Source: Raillietiella orientalis (Eukaryota). Taken from it: a stretch of 64,000 bases of DNA. Positions 23,922 to 36,700 of the stretch are shown here, piece after piece. The translations under genes were made by a program, and so were the position numbers. The stretch covers positions 620,001-684,000 of the forward strand of contig JAYWIR010000031.1 of assembly GCA_036172245.1 (NCBI GenBank), written 5' to 3'. Position 1 is the stretch's first letter, and each line of letters starts with the position of its first letter. The notes beneath the pieces were generated by a model. It saw nothing but the letters and a program-made list of their open reading frames with translations, ran no database searches and was not told where the DNA came from.

Positions 23922-25624
23922 GCTTTTTACCCGGGTTCGCCGGGGAGTTTATTTAGAGTAAAATATACATTTCGCAATTTTTGTCCGACCACGTTCTTTT
24001 TGTAGATACCCTGCCGTGTTACCGGCTCGCAGACCGGTGAGGGCCACCACGACAGCAGAGGGGAGTGGCCAAACAAAAAGAAAAAAACCAAAAAACAAAA
24101 ATAAAACAATTCTGGGGGAGGAGGTGAGGGAAGGGATCAGGTTCTGCCGGGGGCGGTTCTCTGCACCCTTTGGAGGATCCCTGCAAGGTCTTGCTGTCAT
24201 CTGGGCTCTATCCGCAGAAAGTGGAGAGCGAAATGGATGGCGTCCCTGTCTTTGGTTCCTCCGTTGGTGTCGCTCCACGCCTCCACGATCCCACAAAGGT
24301 AGCAAAGTGCTGCAAGAGCTGCGGCTGGCTTCAGGGCATTGCGCACAAAGATGAGTCGCACACTGTCTCTGGTCAGCAAAATATTTGACGTCCATGTTGT
24401 ATTGACTTCGTCTGGCATTGCTCCATGCAGCCACGGTTCCGCCGCGTAGGCGGCCAAGTGCTGCTGGGGATGAGGCCGGCGTGAGGGCGTCGCGAAGGAA
24501 GAGGCGTTTTCAAACGTCTCTGGCGTTGCTGCCGGGGATCCAAAGGGTCGCGGCGAAGCCTTCCCAAAAAGACGGGAGGGCAACACAGTCCACTAGAAGG
24601 TGCGTAAGGGATTCTTTCTCTCTGTACCTTGCACAGATCCACACACACCCGTGTCCAATGATGCTGACCGACATTGCACGGGAGGCCCCAATGCAACAGC
24701 ATCAACGCCGACTCCTGCCACTTCAAGGGGAGGACACGGGTATTCATAAGCACCGGAGAGCACTGCAGGTCTTCCTCCGGAATACATAGCAGCACGCCCC
24801 AGCGCAGAAGTCGACGAGGTCGAGCCCTCGGAGTCGCAGCGTCGGTGAGCTGACCCGTCGTCCACTCGCCATGTCCTTTCCTCCTTCCGGAGATTTCCAC
24901 AGTAACCTCCCTTCAAGTCGTAAGGCCACTGGTACCCATATGCTCCCTAAGGGAGTGCAGCACGGTGACGAGGGAGATTCTGCTTGCCCACGCACTCTGT
25001 TTGCGGGATCTTCCAGGATCTCCCTGAGCGTGCAGCCGTTGTTGGTGCGCGCGTACAGGAAACGTCGCACCTGTTCCGCGCTTGGCTCCTGGATCCTCGC
25101 CCAAGTGCGAACGGTTCCCTGAAACCAGGTGCTATTGTTCGCGGGGCAGCACGAAATCCATCCGTTTTTCCGGACCAGAGTGGACACCTGCCGCAGGTGC
25201 AGTCCGCAGTGGGTGAGACTGCGTGGACAGCGCGCAAGGATGGTCGCGAGTCCCACGCTGACGGTGGCTTGCTGGACGAGAAGACGTGCAAGTTGGCAGC
25301 AGGTGGTGCTCCAGAGGTTTGCCATAAGGGCGAGTGTCTTAAGCTGGAGCTACAGCACCATCCACTCCAGCGTCAGGAGGAGCCCTGGGCCGCCGTCTTT
25401 GCGCTGGCGCACAAGTCCTTCAGGAGGACTCGAGATCTCCCTTCGCCCCAGAGGGCGATTCGTAGGAGGTCCTTCGTCCTCTTTCTAATGCTGCATGGCA
25501 GGAGGCAAACAAAAAGCAGGGTTGTGGAGGAGGGAACCCACGAATGTGTTCCATATCGCGGCCCGTTCCGAGGAACGGACTCTTGGGGACGGACCGAGCG
25601 CCTGCAGTGCTCTCTGAAGACGAC
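23922..25624 (-). mobile_element. 5'-truncated L1/Tx1-like LINE (post-RT region, CCHC zinc-finger region, 3' UTR)
   Basis: Minus strand gives ERAAIWNTFVGSLL, ALWGEGRSRV..RKDGGPGLL, LPLKWQESALMLLHWGLPCN and CARYREKESLTHLLVDC. Ends AATAAA-CTC-CCCGG-CGAAC-CCGGG-TAAAAA. GGCACTG flanks both sides (23915-23921 and 25625-25631). Confidence 0.85.
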
Positions 25625-26125
25625 GGCACTGATGGAAGCAGGAAACCCTCGGATGCCCCCGATGAGTGGCCGGGACTGGAAGTCGACCCTCCGAGTCCTT
25701 TTAGAAATCAGAATGAAGGAGCCGGTTCCCTTCGGTTGTTAAAATGGAGCCGTTTGTTTCCCTCGTGGGCGACCCTCTATCGCGTGCCATAGAACTAGTT
25801 GATACCTCCCTTGGGGGTTACCTCTCCAGAGTGTCAAGAATCGCTCTCCTCCCTTCGGGGAGCGACCCTTTCTTAAGAGAAAAAACTTGAGAGCGTTCCT
25901 TAGGAGTTCTCTTTAGAGGAGGAAACAGGAAGCGGTTCCCTTGCGGGTTCCCTCAGGAGAAGAAATTCCAGGAGCGGATCCTTTCCGTATGTGTATGGAA
26001 GAGGTTCCCTCCCAAGTCAGCGGAACGAATTCCTTGCTCCATAGCCCTTCCCTGATTCATAGGGTGGCTCCTCTGGGGTTTTACCCCCTGACTCTACAGT
26101 CGATGTTGAACAGTGTCCCTCATCT
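25625..26125 (+). mobile_element. SINE-like element copy A, 3' part
   Basis: Resumes homology to the other copies exactly where the head stopped (ggcactg..cggatg..ggaagt..aaggagccg..ctccagagtgtca..gagaagaaattccaggagcggatcctttccg). Confidence 0.8.
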
Positions 26126-29100
26126 AAAATCTCTTTTCCAGCTCTTCCCAAGATAGGAGGCACACGAAGCAAATAGCAATCCCGCTTTTCGATCCCGCTT
26201 TCCGATCGTTCCGACAACAACACAGAGGGTAATCTGAAGTCGGAATGTCGAATTTATTCTTAGTTTGAGTCCCGGATTATTGATGACACATGCAATTTTT
26301 CTTTGCGAATGTAAGACGTAATAAGAGGTAATTCATGTAGCAACGAGCTGATCTGAAGTCAGCGCTCACAGAAAGGCGACAAATAATTTCTCATAGGCAA
26401 GTGAAAATGAAAGCACATGAAAGAGAAGATACGAAGCTGCAGAGGCACCGCGTGGCGAGTGCAGGCTCAGTGTCAGATCAGGTGTCAAATGCGCCAAGCT
26501 TTCAGATGACATTACTTTTCCTATGAAGTGATGATTGCTACCATGAAGGATTATTCCAGCCGTGCATCTAACATTTATCGGCACTGATCTCTACACAGAA
26601 AAAGAAAAAAAAAAAATAGGATTAATTCCGGTAGTTGGAAAGCTTTGATCAGGTGCGCTTGGGGCTCTTCCACAATTTGAGCACATTTGCCTCTTCAGCA
26701 CCCGCCTTATTTTTGGTTCACATCTTCAGGAACAAGTTTTGAAGTTTGCCGTCAGATTGAAGTCATCGATAGCAAACGGAAAATGGACTTGGTCTATCCG
26801 GGAACCGATTCTAGATGTGGACAAGTTCGGGTTTCCCTTCACTGCAGACCAGCTGGACACCAACTAGACTTTTCGCTTCTGTTGCAATTGGTTCGTTAAG
26901 AATTCAAGTTTTGTGAAATCACCCGGGAGCTATGGTAACGGATGTGGTAGCACCCAGGGGAAGGCTCCCAGTTTCATGCCAGAGTGATAAAATTGCTCTC
27001 TCGAAGGCGGTGCCGATGTTTGAAAAGGCGAAAAGCGTACCCACGTTTTCCTTGTAGGATGTTGCTGAATAGATATTTCGGTTTACTTTGAGGTGTTGCA
27101 GATCCACGGTGCTTTTGGCTGCATTCCTATCGAACCGGAAGCAAAGATGACAGGCATTTTCATCCCTCTTAATCAACCCATCGTTCTGTTCTATTTTCCC
27201 TTGTTTACTTTGAATGTCCTTGATCCCGAGGCCTTTTTCCTCGAGGAAAGAGGTAGGAAAGTGGCGGTTTGCAGGGAACGATCCGACTTTTTCGAGGTAC
27301 GTTCCTACATGAAAGTTTTTTTAGGGGGGAACCTGAAGCCGCTCATTGCAAATAATCTCATCCGAGAGCAAACATTTGCCCCGACCACTCGTGCAGCTCT
27401 TCGTCAAAGGATTTGGAACATTTTTGACAGCAGAGAAGATTTTTTTCGATCCTTTCGTTCACGCAATGAGCCAGAGCTGTCGAGCGCTGCTCCGCGAAAC
27501 TGATTGCGATGAGAAAGTTGAGAACTGGGAAAATAGGGAACAGGAATTCGATCCGCGTAAACAAAGGTAAAGTATAACTTCTGGGGATGGAAGAAACGAT
27601 CGTGGTAGGTGCCACTTTTGTTTCAATGCGCGCAAACAGAAGTTTCTCTGTTTTCCCCTTCCTCTTCAGGCCATGAGATCTTACGGCATCGGGCAGATGG
27701 GAAACTAGACACGACATCTGTGGATCCAAAGTGCGTTCGGTCTTGTAAGAATAGACGTTGGTAGATGCGTATCTGTCCATGTTCTGCGAAATCTCTGGAT
27801 TCCACGAATTCTTGCTGTTCCTCCGCTTTTCTCCTTTCGTGTTGCTACGGAAACCGCATCCAAGTGGGCTTCACGGTTTTGAGGAAATCAAACAGCATTC
27901 TCTGAATGAGCTCCTTTGGGTTTCTAGATTTTCAACTGCTTTCGCAAACTCTTAAATCACCATGTGGTCGAGATGACCGAAACAAGAGTTTGTAAGAAGC
28001 AAGCCAAAGTTGAAAGACTATTCCTTGGGTTCTTACATGATCACTAAACACAAAAGTATTTGGGATCCACAACAAAAATGCACCTTTAATTTTTTTTAAC
28101 CTGCTGCAAGAGTTCCGTTTAGGTCAGTTCTCATTCCAGAGTCCTCTGACTTTGAAGATAATTCAAAATCATTGCGTCATTTTCCATACCAGCTGCCATC
28201 TCATTCCGTTTTCAAATTCAACTCTCTTCCTCGAAGTGGAACAACAAAAAGTCTTATAAATGCTCGTCAACGTCCAGCAGGGCCACAAAAATGCGAGATT
28301 TAAAAATAAGAATGAACTGCCCAAGTCGACCAAATTCCGGTAGTTATGAATTTCAGCCATGGACTCTTTCTTGCTCATCACAGGCAAACAGAGGATTTGA
28401 TGGAAATCTGTGTTTTTGGCAGCGCAAGTTGGAACGTCTTTGTGGTTCTCGTGTGTGGGAAATATTATGCGGCTAGTTTCGAGTATTTGCACAAGGGCCA
28501 TTTGCAGACAATCACTGGCAAAATAAGTCATTTAAATAAATAGCATAATGTAACAGCAAAAGATTCTGTTCTTCGCCTTGTGGTGGATTGTTTTGGGTTA
28601 GAGAAAGTGAATGTCAAACGTCTGATGAAACACAGAATTGGCCTATGAGGTGCTTCACGAGTATTCGTAGTAAACGATGATAAAAAGCATAGAAGGCAAA
28701 GAATTAATTTCCAAACGTACAGCTTCCAGCTCTCTCATCTTCTTTTCGCTCAGGGACTCCTGGAAAAGAACAGAGTGATTGCAAACTGATGAGAATGACA
28801 ACTGTGAAGGATGTAAAGCAGCACTCTCCATGAAAATGGAACCGTTCTTGAAATGAAACGAACTGCGCTTACTTCTGACAAGAAATACAATCAAAATGTC
28901 TTAACGATTTTGCAGTGCCTTTGAGAGAGGAAGCTTAGGTTCCATTATCGTTTCCAGCGAAAGAAACTGAATATAGCATTGGTACTTGAAATCTGAAACT
29001 TCATCTTCGAACAAGGAATTACAAGGAATACAAAAAAGTATATCTTTTGGTCTATTTGCATTTGGATTGGCGTTTTCAAAGGAATGCATATCCACAGGAG

Positions 29101-29599
29101 ACGATAAAAGGGATAAATAAATGGCCAGCAGTAGGTTAGCTGTGCAGAAACAAAGCCACTCCCGAATCGGATAAGGAACTCCTCATGAATTCAAAGCTCT
29201 ATACACTATTCTTCATTATTTATTCCTATTTATCATTCTGTTCTCCTATCTAGAATGGAAAACGAACGAAGCATCGATATGCTATTTTTCAGAGTTTCTA
29301 TTCTATTTCTACCATAACATCGTAAATTCTAGCGCGTATTGAATTATAGGGCAAACATTTTACTGGACGAAACTCTTGACATTCTGACCCACCTAGGTCG
29401 ATGGCCTTTCGCGTGTATTCGAGAAATAAAAAATTCTCTAGCGTTACCACGGTGATTGCTCGGACCAGTGCCTTGCGCAATTGAAGGTCACGTTTTCATT
29501 TCATTACTTTTCCTATTTTTCATCTGAGTTTTCATGAAAAGCAGTTATTCTTTCGGTTTCTACAGTGATCGTAAAATCTTAAAGGCATGGTGTAATTAG

Positions 29600-30727
29600 A
29601 ATCAACAAGGTTGAACATCTCGAGGAGTCTGATGACTGAGCTGGTCGGCAGAGTTGGTGAATGGTCCACCATCGACCCGACGTGGCGACGAAAACAGCAA
29701 CTGGTCAAGAGAGAAAATTTGAAGATCATCCCAAAGAGCAAAGAACTCTGGCAGGAGGAATCCATCCTGGTAATCCCCTGGATGGACACCGTGCAGGATG
29801 ACACGAGGAGCTGGATACGCCAAAGGTCCGGAGTGACCTTGCGTGACACCGAAACATGGACACGGCAGCGATACCTACATCACTCTAGGGTGCTCCGTTA
29901 TGCCCAAAGGATCTCCGGCAACTTCACACGTAGGACCCGTGAAGTGTGGAAGAATCATCACGACTTCGCGTGGTCCCGAGTAAAGAAGATCAATATCCGC
30001 CGACTCTTTACAAAACAAGAAGACACCAGTGCCCTCCAAGATGCCGCCGACCGTTACGCTAGTAGTGGATTCAATACACTAGCGATTGGAACGGTGAACT
30101 GGAGGAGTGATTTACCACTGGACACTCAGGATAACCTCCTCATGTTCTACCATGGAGGCATCCTGAGGGGTTCCAGAATGAAGCTCTTCACGGGAAGAAG
30201 AGAAGAAGAAATCTGCAGAGCATGTGGTGGAATAGATACAAGACTTCACTTCTTGACCTTCCCCACATTGCAAACTGAGCGGACTACCCTAAAAAGGGTC
30301 ATCGGGCTAGCCAACGCCTCGACCATGGAGGTCTTGGCAGGGATGTCCCAGGGAACTGGAACGGTTCCCCGCTATAACCCCATGGTGAGAGTGACCATCG
30401 CCCTTTTCATCACCGCCATTATTGTGCGGTGGTGGAAGATGAAAACCACGAGGACGACCATATCTAGACTGGACATCCTGAAAGGGCTCATCCAGAAGGA
30501 GATCGGAATCCGGAACTGCGAATGAGTGCAAGCCTGGAACTACAGTCACATCCTGAGAAGGATTGAAGGAAGCATCTAGGCCCAAACGACCCCAAGGCAA
30601 AGGAATGCAGCAAACTTTTTCAGACACCCCAAGAAGTGAACTTCAGTGAACGTTAGTGAAGTGTAATTGTGAATTTTTAGGAAACTGTATGAATGCGATT
30701 GTAGAGTGAATGTTTAAGAAAATAAAT
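29600..30727 (+). mobile_element. 5'-truncated non-LTR retrotransposon of a second family (ORF2 C-terminus and 3' UTR)
   Basis: Uninterrupted 304-aa frame 29611..30525, basic and Trp-rich, with MFYHGGILRG..ICRACGGIDTRLHFL (zf-RVT-like CxxC..H, last Cys lost). The 3' UTR has repeated GTGAA and ends in AATAAA at ~30721. Confidence 0.7.
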
Positions 30728-33700
30728 TTACCCCACCTCTTATGGGACTTGGGGAAAATAGAATATGATCAAAATTCTGTGAATAGAATTCAAAGACTCT
30801 GATGACAGTGTTTTTCTTTCGCCATCGTCTTGCTGGTCCTCGAGTTTCATGAGGCCGTCGAACTTTTCTTTCTCAAGTGGCGTTTCAGGATCCTGAACTT
30901 TCGGTAAATGCAAGAGTCCAGGGAAAACACTTTTTACTGCTTTTCTAGAAAGAATTCTCGTGTCCACCTCGTGCACCGAGAACAACAGCTCGAGTTATAG
31001 ACCGAGCGACTTCTTCATGATGTCCTGTCAGCTTCCAAGATAAAACCAAAGCAAAGCAAACTGAATAAAACTTGCTCTACTTGTCTCTTGGATCAAACGA
31101 GGCCATCTTTTGGTCAGCATGTCTTAGAATCCAAACCCAGCGAGCACACCTTGGTTGGCAATCGTTCCTCCGTGCTTCCAAGACTGCGGTTATCCTCTTT
31201 CTTCCGTCCGTAGTTAATGAGTTTCTTGATCTCTCTACAGCCTTTTCCTTTTCGTTGTATTGTGTTTCTTTCAACCTTCCTTTTTTTTTTTTTTTTTTTT
31301 TTAATATTGCAGTGCATTTCAAAACTCGAAATATGATTACAGCTACCTCGTACTTCCTAGTTCTTCACTGCTGGAAAATTCCGCCCTCCTCTTACTTATT
31401 GGAACTCTCACACAAGAATTTCCAAGGATCCATGAATTTTCCATTATCATTCCCTGTGGTAGAGAAGATAATCAGCGCCCTTTGTGCCTTCCATGTGGAT
31501 TCCGTGAATTTTTTCCCCCAGCTGTGAAACACTATATCTCTTAATCACGTTTGTTGCATATGATTTATTAACAGATTTCCTTTGTTTTCGATGCATCAGC
31601 CGGGAACACAGTCATCTGGGGGAGTGGACTCAACAATGCCCCTCTCGATGCCCGCCGTTGCTAGGCAACAAAAAAGGATTCTGCCTTCTTATCCGATGTC
31701 ATGAATTGATCTTCTCGATCACTGCATCGTTTCCCTCGATCTTTTTCAACTCATATTGCACTTCATTTCACTCTCGGAGGATCTCTGCTGTGTATTTGAT
31801 CTCAGTCCCTTCTTTCATCTGTGAACGTCGGGTCCCTTAACTTTTGTGATTATTCGCGTAGATTGCTCCCGGAAGCCTTATTCTTTCTAATTCACTTAAT
31901 TAATTGGAATAAGTCTTACTTACCGTTGGCCGATCCCTGCGCTTTCTCTGAAAAAACGAAACAAAAGCAAAGTAGAGTCAGAAAACCTTCCCGAGGAAAT
32001 GCCCATTTTCATCATGAGTTTACATGACAAATCTTTCAGCCACATTCATCACAGGCAGAAAAGAGATTGGACTCGAAATAATTATGTGTTTCTGTCCTTA
32101 TTCATAGAAGATTTAGAAAGAAGAACACAGGATGACAAATTTAAAGAGAGAGAAAGAAGAAAAAAAGCGCTCTCAAACCAACATGCTCCGGTCGAGATTA
32201 CGTTATCTGAAAATTATGCACAAGATGGCTCCGTTTGGAAAGTTTTTGGTAGATGCGTAGGCAAGTTAGGCAAGTTCTAAGGGGACAATTTCTAGGATCG
32301 ATGCATTTTCTTTCTTCTGTCTCTTTCTTCCCCTTTAAAATTCTGCAGCCTTAAGATCCAAGGCAAATTTCACGGTTAGTAGTAAACTGCATTAGGGAAT
32401 TGGTATTGGATGCACCCAAGGCTAACCATTACGTGCAATGGTATTATATGCCGAAAGCTTCCCCGATGATATCCCTGGAACAAGCGAGTAGGAAGCATCT
32501 TCGGATGCTCCACGGGACGACATTCTTCCCGGATCGAAAAAATGCCTTCCCCGAATTTGCGTCCGTTTCTTGCGATTCACAAACGGGGGGGAAATCGGGG
32601 AAGCGGTTGTCAGGTGCTTAGGTCCCATCATCCACCAAATCAGTGAAAGTGAGTAAAACTGAAATTTTTTCTCGTTTCTCTTTTTTTGACCGTTTCAAGT
32701 GCTTAAGAAGTTGCGGTAAGCGGCAACGGACCAACCGCAAGAGATGCTGCAGCGAAAACTCCGCACAGATGAATATGAAAAAGAGAGTATTTAGACGGGC
32801 AGCACGGGGGAAGAGTTCCGTTAATTGAGCTGCCTAAAAAATCCTTCGATGCTCCACTGAATCACATGGAACACTTGGAAAGACGCGAAATGATACTGAA
32901 TGAAGCTTTAAATTGCAGAATAAGTTTTTTAACGAAGTGGAAACAGATTTCAGATATCCTCGGAATAGCCAGAAAAATTACAGCAGCGGAAATCGCTACT
33001 GCACTAGCAAGAAATTCCAGATCGAAGAGAAAAACGCTCCGGATGCTGTTCAGATTGATTTTCTTGCTCCACAGAACCGCATTACTTGCGTGATTCCCTT
33101 CATGGCTTCCTCAAGCACGGATTAATGTATGATAGAATTTTCAACTTTGAAAACGTAAGGAGTCATTTTGTGGTCTGCTGCCATGGTTCAGGTCCTCCGA
33201 AGGAATAGACAAAAGCTCTTTGTGGAATAACCACTAACCTTATTAGCCTTCTTCTTAAGGGAAGATATTGAAGCAAAAGTAAGAAACAGAATCAGGTACC
33301 ACTTGCTGAACCCTATTTTTTCTTAAGTATCATTTCATTTGCATTAAAGTCTCGCACCCAACTAGTAACGAATCTCAGATAATCTCTCATTTCGAAGAGT
33401 ACAACATAAATTGTATTATTAAGGCTCGTATTATAAGCGGATTGTATCCAAAGGTTCTTCCTGCATACGCACATATCTGTTTGTAGTGGACATTGTGTAA
33501 AACTTTGCACATTCGAGCAACAAGACCTCCAGCAAGACGATCGAGACGCAAAATCTTCGTACACCACTCAAGAACTGCGTATTTTCAAGTACACTTTCAC
33601 ATACGATTACGTGCATTAAAGTCGCTTGGGGTTTTACTCCAGAGGTGCTCTTTCATTTGCTGCCTATGTGAAGCATCCGTCGATGTACGGAAGGAGCATG

Positions 33701-36700
33701 GTACAGACGATAGTGCAAGATGAAGTGCATTTTTGATGACAAGGCGGACACATCTTTCGGTGGAAGCATCCATGTGTATTTCCACACCGTTGGCGAAAAG
33801 TCTTCACGCCTTGACATGGCACCTCTATTGAGTGAGGAGAGTATGTTTGGAAATGCGAGACTCATGTTTGACCGGAAGAATGGAAGCAGTAGCCAGAGGA
33901 ATGATGGGTTCTTAAACATGCAGAGACAATTGCCACAACGTGTGTGGAAATTCTGAAGCTTCCTTACTTTCGAAGCACCAAGTAGCATAAATAAATCGCC
34001 TTGGTGAGCACACCAGTCGCGGCGTACTTGAGCTTTGCTTTGGTGCAAAAGTTATGTATACGGCACGAGTCTTTTTTTTTTTTTCCTACTAGAATTCCTC
34101 TGGCTTTCAGAAGGTTTCCTTGCTTTCTCCCGCGCGAGTGAAGTCAGTTGCATTCCGAGTGAAACTCTGCTTCCCCTCACCTGGAAGAAAAGTTCCATTC
34201 CCATATGGAATCCAAATGGGTTGCAGCCCGATGTGCTGCAAGCCAACCAGATAGGTGCTCCGATCCTGAATTTTCGCTACCCGTATGATGGGATAGCAGC
34301 TCCAGGAAAAAGCCTTCCATCCGAACACAGCCGTGCATTGGTTCCACACCACATATGCTTTATTCAGATCACGATGCACATTACTATGCATCCCATTCGG
34401 GAGAGTTCCATGAAATAAATGCAAATGTAATCATACTTCAGATGATTTCATTTCCATTTGGTCCATGTGAATGATTCATGCCATTATAATGACGAAAGCT
34501 AAGGAAAAGGACGAATGCTCTATTCTTTAAGCGAGTAAAGATCCTGAGGTGTCGGCTAGGGATCAGTCCACAGCAGTGGTTCTCTGAAATAAACCTCATT
34601 AATTTTTCTGCAAGCAGCAGAGAAGCTGTTTCAGACGGATTGATTTTGAAAATACTGGATTGCGAAATCAATAAAAATGCAGGTTATCATGGAATAGTGA
34701 CACCCACATCAAGATGACGAAAGATGCGTGGACAAAGATACATTATCGGATAAATTTAGAATGATTGGCAGGACCGGAATTGGGCATAAAGAGGATGGAA
34801 GCCTTAAATATGGAAAAAGCAAGAAGCATGAGGAACTACATTTCTTCGTGATGGACTTTTCCTTAGATTTTTGGAAAAAAAACAGTAGTAGAACGAGCAA
34901 AATAGATGTGCTCTTACAGGAGAGAAACGAAGGATGGTGTCTTAACGTAAAACAGCAGTAATTAATGATGAAAACATGTCGTCGCTTCAGTGCTGTGCTC
35001 TGTCAGGACTGAATGGAGTTGTATTTCCCAGTTTCACCCTCAACCCTCATTCTATCGTTGGTTTCGAGCACAGTCTGCATAGACCGAAGTCAGTTGTCAC
35101 GCGTGAGACAGTTCTAGTGCATACGCAGACTGCTCTGGAAGAGTGCTCCTTTGGCATCGAGATAACCTCTTCTGCAAAATCTCACTCAGCACCCACTATC
35201 TTCCAGGCTTACGAAGTCTCCGGCTGCTGGCCTGCTGCGGCGAAGTGACCATCCCAGTGTGTGTGTTTTTTTCCTTCGTGCCTTGCTGCCGTGCCACCCT
35301 CTCCAGAGTTTTTACTGACCTCGATTTCGTGCCAGCGTTCCCAGCAATTCACACGACTTGCTTTCCCTTCTGTAGCGGGCCAGTTTGAAAACCAGGCGTT
35401 TACACTTGCGGAGCCACTTGCATACAGCGGAAAAAAAAAAAAAAAAAATTCCATCCGTTCCCTCCTCCGCTGCACGCGAAATGGTAAAAATCTTAAAATA
35501 TCTTCAAATCTTAAAAGGTGATTGCTGTCTTAGAAGATCAGGTGGATGCGATCATCGTTTTATAGTTCATCCTCTTCCATACTCCTTGGTCCACATTTCC
35601 ACAAGATACTGCCATGCATTTCTCGTCCAGAATGAAATGATCCATTCATTAACATTAAAGAAATAAAGATAGGCAAGGGAGTGCCAGAATTCGTCCGATG
35701 TAAACACATGGGGGACAGTACGTGGAACGGAGAGGAAGGAAAAATGGATTGTCAAATGTATGAAAAGATAGGGAAGATGATAGAACTGCCTCCTGTGCTG
35801 ATAAGTTCCAGAGGTTGATCGGGAAGAAAAGGGAAAGGTGTGTGAACAGGTTTTGATCACGTGCCCTACCCTCGACTGCCCAAAGCGTATTTCTCATTCG
35901 TGCGAATGCCGCAGTAAAGCATCTTGCATAGGAAGGGGTTGTCCTGGACCACTACCATTGCTTGCGTATAGCAAGAGATTAACAGCTAAGAGGCTGATGA
36001 TAGGGTGGAGGAGGAAGGAAAGAACCATCATGTGAGTTCTTGTGGAGCATCATCCGGTCACCCAGATCTCTTCCGATCCGTTTGCTGCAGTCTCCACATC
36101 CACCATTCCACATCCCAACCGAATTCTACAAGCCCATAGGAAATTTTCTGCAGTTCAGAAATCTTGCTCCACCTGTTACACCGTTCTTCCTCTCCATCCT
36201 TCATTGAAACAAGCAAACAGTAGTGGCATGGGGCAAAGCAGGTCTGTGTGGTGGACATTGCAGCGCCCTTGAAGTTCAGTTCTCTTCGAGCAGCCACGGG
36301 AGCCTTTTTCGTCTCAATGGCGACACCAGAAATGCGCGGTGGGATACAGTATTATATATTACATTTTACATAGTTTATCTCTTAAATTTCTCCATTTGAT
36401 TTCTTCTTCTTCTTACGTTATATGAATACCTTATCATTTCACTGGTCCAATGTCGGAGCGCAATCTTCAATGGATTCCGAAGAACAGAGTTGCGAGAAAC
36501 GATTTTAAAAAAAGTCTTCGAGAACCTCTCGAAAGAAGATGAGGGCTGCAGAAGGGGCTCAGAAGCAGCGTCAATGAGGAGGAGCTGTCAGGCCACTTGT
36601 CCTCAAGCACCTAAGATTGCACCTTGAGGTCAATCCCTTCACCTTTCTGGATAGAATCGTTTGCTTTATTAGCTGATCCAGCCAAACTCCGCCTCATCAT

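Noticed and set aside
24984..25742. 252-aa plus-strand ORF, and similar GC-rich ORFs at 89-562, 41999-42657, 46818-47348 and 50714-51217
   Set aside because: Antisense or incidental frames across LINE/SINE sequence; not conserved between copies.
34181..34424. PARP-like HLFHGT..YGNGTF, or ionotropic-receptor-like exon ending at CAG|GTGAG
   Set aside because: Motif spacing is far longer than in PARP catalytic domains, and no consistent neighbouring exons support either reading.
35825..35950. VWC-like cysteine pattern (GKVCEQVLITCPTLDCP)
   Set aside because: Lacks the CCxxC ending and the upstream CxxCxC.
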